The notes below the pieces were generated by a model. That model saw only the letters and a list, made by a program, of their open reading frames with translations. It was not told the origin of the DNA and did not search any database. The translations under genes and the position numbers were made by a program. DNA of 64,000 bases, taken from contig OZ287084.1 in assembly GCA_965645245.1 (NCBI GenBank), forward strand, positions 1,612,001-1,676,000, in the 5' to 3' direction. Source of the stretch: Massalongia carnosa (Eukaryota). Shown in pieces: positions 11,612-21,300 of the stretch. Numbering within the stretch: the first letter of the stretch is position 1; every line of letters starts with the position of its first letter.

Positions 11612-11713
11612 GGTGAAATGATGAGGTGGAAGATGGGGGGTTGATGAGTTGAAAACGCGAAATCACGAAAATTACGGGTTGGGCCGCAGACTTTTGGCAC
11701 GGGACTATACATG

Positions 11714-11900
11714 TGTTACAGCGGTACTCAGTACTGCTAGCCAGCGGGCGTAATATGTACATGAGCGCCTAAGGAGGTACGGTGACGTACCGGGCGCGGG
11801 GCACCTATATGTAGTATAATAAGCGGTAGTGTCTCCATAGGAGAACTACCATAGTAGCCTTTTGGCTCAGTGGCTTAGGTGACTTGTTACCACTGTTACA
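11714..11900. mobile_element. Probable solo LTR (187 bp)
   Basis: TGTTACA...TGTTACA ends with an internal TATA-like tract. Flanking 5-mers differ (ACATG/AAAAG). Confidence 0.55.
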
Positions 11901-12083
11901 AAAAGAATGATATACGAAATATTAAAAAGATTTTTCTCAGCTCAAATTTCTTGTTAGAATATATGTATTCATCATACGAAGTTTCAAGACATCAAAATAA
12001 AAACTTAATGATTGGTAATTCAAAGCAGTGAAGGGGGTAAAAAGTTGTTGGGAAGGCTTTCAGAAACTTTTGACCTAGTACTG
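11901..12083 (+). mobile_element. 3' end remnant of a second Tc1-family element
   Basis: Ends ACTTTTGACCTAGTACTG|TA. Its reverse complement resembles 1517-1690 and it encodes a decayed (GW)YTKY* C-terminus. Confidence 0.75.
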
Positions 12084-12104
12084 TATGAGGAGTCTACAAC
12101 GTCA

Positions 12105-12196
12105 CTGTTATGTTACTGCTTTGTGACTGCTATAAAAGCAGGTAGACAACCCACATAGATAATTATCTTCAATAACAATCTTGCTACTATACTTAC
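12105..12196 (+). repeat. Dispersed ~90-bp repeat (copy 1 of 4), same family as the Ngaro terminus
   Basis: Core TGACTGCTATAAAAGCAG.TAGA.A.CCCACATAGAT...TCAAT.ACA; also at 17886-17972(-), 21224-21300(-, diverged) and 53326-53395(+). Confidence 0.85.
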
Positions 12197-12443
12197 ACAT
12201 GAATCATCATATTCAACAAATCCGACGGGTTTTGTAACCCGACGGGTTTAATTCAACCCGTTGCGACGTATTCCAGATACTTGTTTTCAATTCTATATGA
12301 AATAAAAATTGTTGCTATGTCAAAAATGCCACGAAACCCCTCTTCCTTCGTACCAAAAATATTTGCTATTGGTAATTCCCAAACTGCCAATAATCCTGAT
12401 TGTACCGATCTCTCGACCGTAAGGTTCTATCATTTGCTGCCAT

Positions 12444-13109
12444 CTAAGCGCCGTTGGGATCAAGACCAATCATGAGGTAATCATCACCAGTTCCAATCTT
12501 GATCTCGCCGCCTCTGGTGTCTGTACCTTGATCTCCCTTGCCCTGGCAGAAAACGCTCGTAAGCTGCTGATAAACGGTACTGCAAACGGTGTCCGTGAGC
12601 GAAGGGGCACTCGCGCTGTTGTAGAACCAGCGGAAGGTGGTCACGATCTGATTTCCGCTCGCTCCTGGTTTGCTGGGCGATTGCCAAACGTTCCAGGCTT
12701 TCTCCGCCACAGGCGCGCCAGGGACTGACTTTAGAAATGTGGAGCAGGCATCAGTGGCGAGAGATTCAATGGTGCTGCTGACTCCGTAGGCACCATTTTT
12801 TTCGCAGGCGTAGGATGCTGCATTGCCTGCAATCTGTCCAATATTGGTGAAGCCATCAACATCGGCGCTAGGACCGTGACGGACAACTACTCTTTTCGTA
12901 GAGCCTGGCTGGGCTGATGAGACGAGGTCGGCAGGAATAGTAGCCGTGCGCCCTCCATTTTCGGCTGGCCACCAGTCGATCTGGCCATTGGAATCGAGCT
13001 GACCCACAACAAATGAGATCGCACCGGTTGTTTGGGGTTGGGGTGCTGCCGAGCAAGAAAGGCTGTAGAAGCTGCCGGCAGCGAGAATGGTGACGATTGA
13101 AGTATGCAT
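12444..13109 (-). CDS. Small secreted Cys-containing protein (221 aa), effector-like, possibly Y3 glycan-binding-protein-like fold
   Basis: Hydrophobic N-terminus ending SCSA-AP, dibasic KR at 72-73, four mature Cys (102, 122, 176, 188), C-terminal TRGG...IGLDPNG. TATAAA on the minus strand at 13276-13281. The gene call is firm; the family is tentative. Confidence 0.8.
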   Translation of the reverse strand: MHTSIVTILAAGSFYSLSCSAAPQPQTTGAISFVVGQLDSNGQIDWWPAENGGRTATIPADLVSSAQPGSTKRVVVRHGPSADVDGFTNIGQIAGNAASYACEKNGAYGVSSTIESLATDACSTFLKSVPGAPVAEKAWNVWQSPSKPGASGNQIVTTFRWFYNSASAPSLTDTVCSTVYQQLTSVFCQGKGDQGTDTRGGEIKIGTGDDYLMIGLDPNGA

Positions 13110-15109
13110 AATATCGATGTTTCAGGCGAGGGAAATTGTGCTTTTCAGAAAGAAGTTGATTTGAAGGTATCGGCTTAAAGTGATGAAAAGTGTTTTTGAA
13201 AATGGCAAATTCAAAAGCTGGTAAATTGCTGTAATGAGTCTAAGCTTGTGGTTTTGATGAAGATTCAAAGCTCTCTTTATATCTTTGAAGGCCTACGCTC
13301 TGAAGCAGGCTTATGAGCACCATGATAAAGGCCAAGATACTCGATGATCCGGCTGTGTCATTCATCAGCTATTCGCAAGTTCTGAGACAGCCTGAAATGA
13401 TCGGTGGTCATCAATTATTTGATTGCAGTGTTGGGAGGCGTAGAGGATGTTATTTCCAGCTCGATGAAAGCGATTTGGGTGATTTCATTCGACGGACAGG
13501 GGGAAAGAGTTTCACGAACCCAACAGTCATCCAACGTACGTAGTAGACAATGTAAGACATTACAATGTACGGCTTAGATCCTCAGACAGCATTATGCAGT
13601 TGGGCTAAGAGGATTGGATAAAATTTGATATGCCAAATAGGACGTGAATCAGTCAGGCTTACGTAGCGTCCTTGCCTCACGTACCTAATCAATGATAAGA
13701 TCCCAGCTCATCAAGTAGATCAACCCAATGATCCCAAAGCCCACTTCAATAGTCCCTACGCTAACAGTATCGCCGTGCTTACCCTATGTACATCATCGCC
13801 AAGAGCTCTTGCGGGCTGTGAAGATTTTTGAAACGTTATACGCCGCATTCTCACAAGACTAGCTCAAGGTAAGAAAGGCCCACACTTCACTTAGGCTTTA
13901 CCTATGTTCGCTTCGTTCCGTGCCGTTCGTTTGCACCCAGTCGATGTAAATAATTCCTTCATCTCTCACTGTTAAAAAACGAGTAACCGATGCCAAATAC
14001 CGAAACCAGCTGACAAAGCAATTTGCATCTGCACTCGGCAAGAAAAGGCCTGTGGCGGTGGCAAATTGGTATGGAGTCAGAAATCGTATCGGAAGAGACA
14101 ACCGATGAGATGGGAATAGAGGCTTCTGGAATGGCAGCTACTTTTGAATTGTGCTCCTATTTGCTGACCACCGATGAGGTCATCTGGACTTTCGCCTCGC
14201 TTGGGCCAAGGCTGTGCTTTTGGGAACGACGGCTGTGCTGACGTTCTCGGGAACCTCTGCATACAAGCTGGGAAATCAGTGAATGGCTGATAATATTGTC
14301 TCTGAGGAAGCTCTACAAGCGTATTAGTATTGACGAAACATCAAGGGTCGTATCCCAAGTGTTTGCTGATCTGCTTCAGAGCAAAGCGCGAGTGTTACTA
14401 CTTATGTCCTACGAGGCTGTAGAAGAGGCTCACCCTTAGGATCTCGCTTTAATGGAAATTCTGATCAGGTCAAATATTTTAGTGCTAATGGAGCGTGCAG
14501 CTACTACCCCACGAGTCGATTGTAACCGGGAGTATCCAAGGTTTCCGAGAGGTTACCAATTCGGCTTAAATCTGGTCGATCAGTCTGTCAATACCTTTTC
14601 ACCCGACGAGGCCAGAGGATTGAGGAAGCGTCAATTGAATTGTATCACTTAATAGGCCATATTAGTTATTGAGCCTGTGAGCATTGCACCTAATATGCTT
14701 GCCATGACATTTGAGTATGTTATCGTCTCATTTTTCAACGTTATGATTTGGAGAAAATGGCTTAGAATGATAAATCACATTGGAACATTCCAGCTTGATC
14801 ATGTTCATGAATAGAGCGAATGGGCATGAATAAACTCCAAATTTCTCTTCAAGTTTTATGAAGGACTAGAATACAAGATGGATAACGATAAACTTCTGTT
14901 AGCTTTACAAAAAAGAATATGTCAAATATCTAATTTCCATATCGAAGAAACGTCCAGAAACCCTCCCCAATTCCAATAACCTATAATGTGCCAGTTAACC
15001 CAAACAGACTGAAGACTCGCTTTGCCACTGAACACACTTGTCAGAATACTTTGTACGCAAAGGCAGACGATGCATAACTACGAATAAGCAAGCAGCCAAT
15101 GCGATTGTC

Positions 15110-15724
15110 TTAAGCGGGGCTGGCTGGAAGATCAACAGGATCCCCTCGTTTCCAGATTTGGACAGGAGCTTGCGTGATATCATCAGGATCGATACGAACG
15201 ACTGAAGTGATAGCCCCATTCCGCATCAATGTGGGAAATTCATTGACCACCCAGATAGATCTGCCGATCCTAGGATCCCGCCCTGGCGAGATAAGAACAT
15301 AAGCTGTCCCAGAGGCGGCTGCGGCTATGGCTGTAGAGATGCGAGGGACGAGTTTGTCTTGTTCCGTTGGCTCAAAACCGCAGTTATCAAGCCATCCAAG
15401 CATATCGTTCCGGGATACCAAGCTACCATAGTAGTTGCCCCTGGGATCCAAAGTAGTGCTGAGTGAGAGGGCTTGCTGACTGGTGGCGGGCGCAGTGTAA
15501 AAAATTGTGTTATCCCCTGCACCTTGTGATTGCATGAAGGCGGCGAGGGTGCTCACGGAAGGACACGTGCCGCGTTCGAAGACTTTCTTGTCGGAAATTT
15601 CTTTGTTTTCGATTGGAGCACCAGATGCTGGAATACCAAATATATTGATTAGCATGAGGAAGGTAACGAATACCGACGCCAGACGGACGAGTCCATCCGC
15701 GAAAGAGCTTGTTGAGGATCGCAT
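15110..15724 (-). CDS. Secreted protein (204 aa), candidate CD38/ADP-ribosyl-cyclase-fold NAD(P)+ glycohydrolase
   Basis: Likely start is the ATG at 15724 (CAAAATG context). Signal peptide ending ASG-AP, pro-region ending ER. Motifs IFYT, ISTAIAAAASGTAYVL and SIWVVNEFPTL parallel the ARC-family FWS, S..FA..A.G.V.V and S.F..VE...L motifs. The gene call is firm; the function is inferred. Confidence 0.72.
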   Translation of the reverse strand: MRSSTSSFADGLVRLASVFVTFLMLINIFGIPASGAPIENKEISDKKVFERGTCPSVSTLAAFMQSQGAGDNTIFYTAPATSQQALSLSTTLDPRGNYYGSLVSRNDMLGWLDNCGFEPTEQDKLVPRISTAIAAAASGTAYVLISPGRDPRIGRSIWVVNEFPTLMRNGAITSVVRIDPDDITQAPVQIWKRGDPVDLPASPA

Positions 15725-16926
15725 TTTGCGAGTCTGTTGAGTTCCTTTCTTCGATGGGTTGGTGAGGGAGCTGGGCTGGGTTGAAGAGTGGACACAATGA
15801 TTTGTAAATGAGAATAATGATGCAAGGCAACACCTTTCGAATATGATCTGAAAGACGAACTGTACAATTGAGATCTCTCTCTCGACTGAAGTGCTGTTAT
15901 TTAGTTTGAAAAGTATTCGTCTTATGGCCTTTACATATTGAGAATGTGCAACCAGGATTTGCTTCAAAGCTAGACCCAAAGCCTCGTGGACAGCACTAAC
16001 TGAAATTTCTTTGTCACAGAGTATCAACGAGGTGCAGAAGACGAAACGCCAACATCATGGAGCAACATCAGCTCGATTATCTGCAAGGCGCAGCGAGCTT
16101 TGCCATGATCATCCATGACATGGACGCTACCCAGCCGCTGTGGACTGAAGTTCCTTCCATGCACGTAGAGGCTACAAGAAGTTTTAACTGGCTGTCGCCG
16201 TGGAGCTACGTGCTCCATGACCAGATTTGATTTAGCTGTGATTTGATTTAGCTGTGATCTGAGGCACAAGACCCATATTGACTCAGGTACAGGCTTGGTG
16301 TACGGCTTCAGGTGACCGAGACGTCAAGGCACGACGTCGACACCACCTTATGCTAATCGTAAGCTGCGTTAGTCGTTCTTCGGGGACCTAGGCACGTTGG
16401 AGGCATGGCGCGGAGCCGTTGTGCGAGTAGCGTGGTCTGAGGCTGAATCCCACGCCACCGAAACCAAAATCTTACGGGGTTCAGGTTAGAAAAGGCGCTA
16501 ACTTAGAAGCCCATTCTGATCAAGGGAAGTACTAACGGCGTTGGTGTCTGAAAGTCTGCAAATTGAGCTTCAAGGGAGGTTTGCGGTCTACAATCGTGCA
16601 TTCCTGCCGGGTACTGTACCACCTCCAGCTTATATTAGATCGCAACAATCGTTTCGAAGCAAGAGACGGGTACATTGTATCTCCTTACGTTTTCGTGATC
16701 GGCAGTTCTCTGAAAACCACCTTACAGTGTGGGTCTGTGGGAAGTTGATTGACCGGATAATCTTCGCATAAGCTGGTTCTGCCGGGACCTGTCACCGTAC
16801 AAGTAACCACATTGCCTGAGTCATTTCTTTGAGAATACTTTGACAAAAACACCTAAATAAGTTTTAGGAGACTCTTCCACTAAAGCAGTCGCTCTCGATA
16901 ATCAGTGACTGTCTTCAATCCTCAGT

Positions 16927-17763
16927 ATGTCCATGTCCATAGCGAAGGAGCAGCTCCTAGCAGCCTGCACTAATGACGACACTTCAAGACTGCGAGAGCT
17001 TCTGCAAGCCCCCGCCACCGCTGACAACATCAAAACATCCAGACCGAAGGATCTCGTCCAATTGGATCCATCGGTGACCGATGAGATGCTAGCAAAAGCA
17101 TGCCAATTCAACAATATCGAGACTGTTCAACTCATCCTGCAAACATATCCTAAGACAAACGTCACAGAGGAAGTCATTCGTCATGTCATCACCACGAAAT
17201 CCATTCTTCTCTACGACACCTTAAGACGTCATGACCCGAACATCGTTCAAATGACTATCTACGATGGCCGCGAGTCCCAGCTTGGTCGCGCCCTCAGCAC
17301 CCCGACTACGCCAGAATACATCGAGTTCCTTTTATCCTCGGGAGTGAATCCAAACCCCCATATCGACAGCGATGCTATTAGTCCGCTATGCCTAGTTGCT
17401 TTGCCGTGGCAATCGAGATCCATAGAATTCTGTACGATTTTGATCCGATATGATGCGAAGCTGCGCGGTTCTGGAACATTGGCTGCCGCGGCCATGCATG
17501 GGCAGAAGGACTTAGTAGAATTCTTACTAAAGCAGGGGGCAGATGTGAATGACGTTGTTCTTGAATCTGGTTTCGGTCATAAGTGGCCTCCATTGCACGC
17601 GGCTGTGGAGGCGGGACAAAGCGATGTTGTTTTGATTTTCTTGAATCAAGGAGCTGATTGTGATATTTTGGACGAGAAGAAGCGCACGGCGCTTGCCATT
17701 GCTGAGGCGAAGGGTGATGCGAAGATGATTGACCTGCTTCAAAATTATAGGAGCAATCGCTAG
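16927..17763 (+). CDS. Stand-alone ankyrin-repeat protein (278 aa), no signal peptide
   Basis: GTLAAAAMHGQKDLVEFLLKQGADVN, PPLHAAVEAGQSDVVLIFLNQGADCD, TALAIAEAKGDAKMIDLL, plus degenerate N-terminal repeats. Confidence 0.92.
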   Translation: MSMSIAKEQLLAACTNDDTSRLRELLQAPATADNIKTSRPKDLVQLDPSVTDEMLAKACQFNNIETVQLILQTYPKTNVTEEVIRHVITTKSILLYDTLRRHDPNIVQMTIYDGRESQLGRALSTPTTPEYIEFLLSSGVNPNPHIDSDAISPLCLVALPWQSRSIEFCTILIRYDAKLRGSGTLAAAAMHGQKDLVEFLLKQGADVNDVVLESGFGHKWPPLHAAVEAGQSDVVLIFLNQGADCDILDEKKRTALAIAEAKGDAKMIDLLQNYRSNR

Positions 17764-18130
17764 AAACGCTCGGAAGTCGACGGTCTTGGTATCGGATTCA
17801 GTACAATCCGAGGCTTCGCTAATCGTCCAAGTTATCATTGACCCTTATATATCTCTTAAACCTGATAGATAGTATGATTCACGTCTAGGTATAATAACAT
17901 GATTGTCATTGAAGTTACTCATCTATGTGGGCTATCTATCTGCTTTTATAGCAGTCATACAGCAGTCATATAGTAATTCGCGGGCTCATAATTTCTATCT
18001 ATGTTTGGGCAACTCTCCCCTCGCTGCTGCCCTGCTGGCGCTCAGTTTTGCTGAGGGCCCCTCCTGTAATGGCTTTGTTTTGGCAGCAGTGAGGGGAAAA
18101 ACTCCCAACCCCAAGCAGGGAATGGCCCAC

Positions 18131-19180
18131 CTACGGTGGTGCTGTTCGGAACGTGGCGGGGGGTCGTTGAAAACGAAGGGAGGTCGCTATTAATTGGTCC
18201 GGGTGAGTCTGAATGTACAATTGATACGAGTCTGATTTCCATCGGCCCAAGGTCTGAATATCTTCCTCTTGCAAGCCCGAGTTCTTGGCCGTTGTTGCTG
18301 CACCCCGTCGAAACGAATGACCCGAGTAATTCCCTCGGACGCCAACTGCCCGGAGACCACTCCGTAGGGCCTGCACTAAATATTCACGAGTGAAGGTCTT
18401 TTCCTGAACCTGGAACAATGGGGACGATGCTGGTTTCGGGAATCGGGTAAACAAGTTCCGAATGGAGGTGATCGAGCATGCTTCGTCGTTTGTTGCTGCG
18501 ATATAAATTTTTCTACCCCTTCGAAAAGGATCCGTCTTGGATGACGGTAGGGAAAGAATTATTCGATCCGCCTGTTGATCCACCGATTATCTAGTTAAAT
18601 GCCATGAATCGAAGCTAGAGTCTTGCATTTCTCCCTGTTTGTAGGTAAATTCTCCCGCTCCTAAGAGAATGCGATGCTGTATGCCGCATGAAGTGTTGCC
18701 TGGACCTCGTTAGTAGTGTCTAGTTTCCGTAGCAATTTTATCAAAATGTTGCGTGTGATTGGTAGCCTTTCTCGTCTTTCTGGTTCACCGTGCATTCGTT
18801 TTATTCCCGCAATTATTCTGTCTAGGACTGGATGGTGAAAGACCTCCAGGTCCCCCAGGCCCATGTCCAATTGGCTCGATCGTACTCCAGCTAAATAGTT
18901 TTTGATGGTTTTGGGGCGGAGCCCTCGCTGACCCAGGGCGGCTATCCATGCCGAAAGGCTTCGAATTGTCGCTGGAAAGGGAGGGAAATTCGTTGCTAAT
19001 TGACAGTAGGTCGTGTAGCTTTTCCGGGCTGCATCGTATAGCCCTCGAGTCCTAATTGCTATGCCCCACCATAAATATCTGGCTGCTTGGCGATCCAGCG
19101 GAACCTCGTTATACCAAGTCTCTGGAGGGTCGCGGGCGAGTGACGCCGTTATTTGTTCGATGAAATGCCCTGCAGGTTGG
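18131..19180 (-). pseudogene. Tyrosine recombinase of the Ngaro element
   Basis: TIKNYLAGVRS, RLPIT, LPSSKTDPFRRG, GHSFRRGAAT, LGRWKSDSYQLY; broken near 18584-18663. Confidence 0.9.
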
Positions 19181-20770
19181 GTGGGGTAATTGTCAGCGAT
19201 TTTTCCAAATAGTCCTCGGGACAACCAATCTGCTAAGAAATTTTCTTTGGTAGACAGCCAGTGTGGTTCAATCTCAATGTCATATATTGCCGCCATCATG
19301 GCGATATTCCGGAGGGGATGCATGGCCCCGCCCCGAATGGAGGTCTTTTTGACCCCGGACATTACAGCAAAGCTGTCGCAATAAAGAAGAAGATGAGCTC
19401 CCTTGCACATGGGGAGCCACCGCCGTATGGCGTGCAGAATCGCTGTCATCTCCTTCTCATTGATATGTTTGGCTCTGAGCCTGGTGGTATAACGTTCAGA
19501 AACCACTTGCTCAGCGGGCAATGTGTGTGTGGTCTGACCACCTTGAAGTATGTATGCCCCGATTCCGAAGTCCCCACTGGCATCCGTCCAGAGACGGAGC
19601 AGGGGTCTCGAAGGGCTAATAATGTGTATGCCGTTCCATAATGGAAGGAAATGATGCCACCATAAAAGATCAGCTTTTATGTGAGAATTGATATGAATAA
19701 ATGGGCGCGCGGGCCCGATTTTGCTGTTGAAAAGGCGTCGGAGAAAAGTTCTTCCCGGTACCACCACTTTGGCTGCAAAGCATAGAATCCTAGTAGAGTG
19801 TCTAGCTCGTTTCTGGTTATCGTGGATTTATTCAATGTTGATTGGACGAGATCCTTAGCTTTCTGAAGCTTTTCGGCCGGTAGTCGTGCCTGCATCAGGT
19901 GTGTGTCCAGCTCTATGCCCAGGAATTCGACTACCGTGCCTTGTTTATTTTTCTTTTCGTTGAATTTTAGGCCGAGGTCTGAACAATTTTCGGCAAAGTT
20001 CCGATCGAAGGATTCCGCATCGGGAATAGCGCGAACGATTCCGAGAAAATCGTCCAAGTAGTGACTAACTTCGCCATTTGTTTTATTAATCATCATCATC
20101 ATCCAGTTCAGACCTTTCGCGAATAAGTCAAACAAGAAGGGAGACGTCCTAAGGCCGAATGGAAGAAAGCGTTCTATCCAGTAAACCCCGTTCCAACAAA
20201 AAACCCAGCAACCACCAATCGCTTTGCGCCACTGGAACGTGGCGGAAGGCATCGGCTAAATCTCGTTTGATCAGTACGCAGTCCTTGCCCATTCTTCTGA
20301 CGCCGGCGATGGCTTCGTCGAAAGTGATATATTCCAGAGCGCCCCACTCCTCGGGAATGAAGTCGTTCACCGAATTACCCTCGGGGTGGGAGAGGTGATG
20401 AATACGGCGCCATCCTCCGTTTGCTTTGAGGACTAAGCCTAAGGGGGAGCCTATATATTTGGCTGGTAGGGTGGGCACCTCGATCAATCGGTTTTTGGCC
20501 CTTTGGTCCTCTACGTCCATGGTCAGAATTTCTGGGGCCTCGTTGGCCGAGGCCAGGTTGCTGCTTAGAATGAACTGATCTGGGCCGGTGTAACCAATTT
20601 TGGCCCCGTACACGATTATATAGTGAATGGTCTGTTTGTAAAGTTTGTCCGGATGACCCATGAGGTGAAGTTCCCAGCCTTCTTTTCTTAGAGGCCCTGA
20701 GGGTACGATTGCTGATTTATCTATCAGCGGATAGGGGAACCCTTCGGCGATATGATCAAATGGGCCGGCT
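19180..20770 (-). pseudogene. Ngaro RT-RNase H
   Basis: WRRIHHLSHPEGNSVND, DLADAFR, LPFGLRTSP, HYLDDFL, WTDASG, HINEKEM, ADWLSR, spread across three frames. Confidence 0.9.
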
Positions 20771-20771
20771 A

Positions 20772-21170
20772 GTCAATCTCGTCTACCTGTTGACATGAAA
20801 TGTGGGTTGCTGATATGTGCCTTGGGGCAGTTGTTTTTTGTGTGATGGCCGAAACAGAGACTGCAGACGTGAGGGTACCTGCAGTCCTTGCATTCCCGCC
20901 CTGCGTTGTATCAATTGCAGGACATAGGCTTTGGTTCAGTGGAGCCGCCTACCGGAATTGATCCCGGGTGCTGCTTGGTCGTACCTCCCGTCATGGACAA
21001 GTTAGCTGTCCGTCGAGTAAGGTACATGTTTTCGACGGTGGTGTCGATTCTCCTCCATCTGGCCGGGTCGTTCACTCCTTGGTACACCCGACCCCTGTGG
21101 AAGATTATATGAAATACTCGTACTGACTCCCAAGTGTAGATGGTGTAATGTACGAGTAGAGTAATCTTGT
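20772..21170 (-). pseudogene. Ngaro gag C-terminal part with paired zinc fingers
   Basis: Manual translation: CN*YNAGRECKDCRYPHVCSLCFGHHTKNNCP (CCCH followed by CCHC). Confidence 0.75.
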
Positions 21171-21223
21171 TACTACGATTTACTGAGCTTCAGCCCCATC
21201 CGGCTATGAAATATTGGTTTACT

Positions 21224-21300
21224 TGGTAGGTATAATAGCATGATTGTCATTGAAGGTGTGGATTATGTGAGCTATCTACTTCATTATATAGCAATCAAAT
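21224..21300 (-). repeat. Diverged copy of the Ngaro-terminus repeat
   Basis: TAGGTATAATAGCATGATTGTCATTGAAG matches 17886-17914 at all but one base. Confidence 0.8.

Larger units (their letters stand above)
1517..11707 (-). mobile_element. Tc1/mariner element, split by the Gypsy-A insertion
   Basis: TA|CAGTACTAGGCCAAAAGTCTGCGGCCC at 1517 and GGGCCGCAGACTTTTGGCACGGGACTA|TA ending at 11707 share an 18-bp exact inverted core, with TA on both sides. Transposase pieces lie at 10617-11611 and 1676-1762 (ending ...IASEGWYTKY*). Confidence 0.85.
17886..21170 (-). mobile_element. Ngaro/DIRS-type tyrosine-recombinase retrotransposon, 5'-truncated and frameshifted
   Basis: Order gag zinc fingers, RT, RNase H, YR, then a terminal repeat at 17886-17972; no protease or DDE integrase. 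Confidence 0.9.

Noticed and set aside
1517..12083. Single Tc1 element ending at 12083
   Set aside because: Both 1517-1690 and 11901-12083 encode a transposase C-terminus, so they are 3' ends of two elements; the inner TIR match is with 11681-11707.
15725..16027. 101-aa N-terminal extension of the 305-aa ORF
   Set aside because: Non-ATG start; a signal peptide follows the ATG at 15724, so the extension is probably leader or promoter.
18131..19180. Starship captain, Crypton or phage integrase
   Set aside because: The YR is directly downstream of gag, RT and RNase H, which defines a DIRS/Ngaro retroelement.
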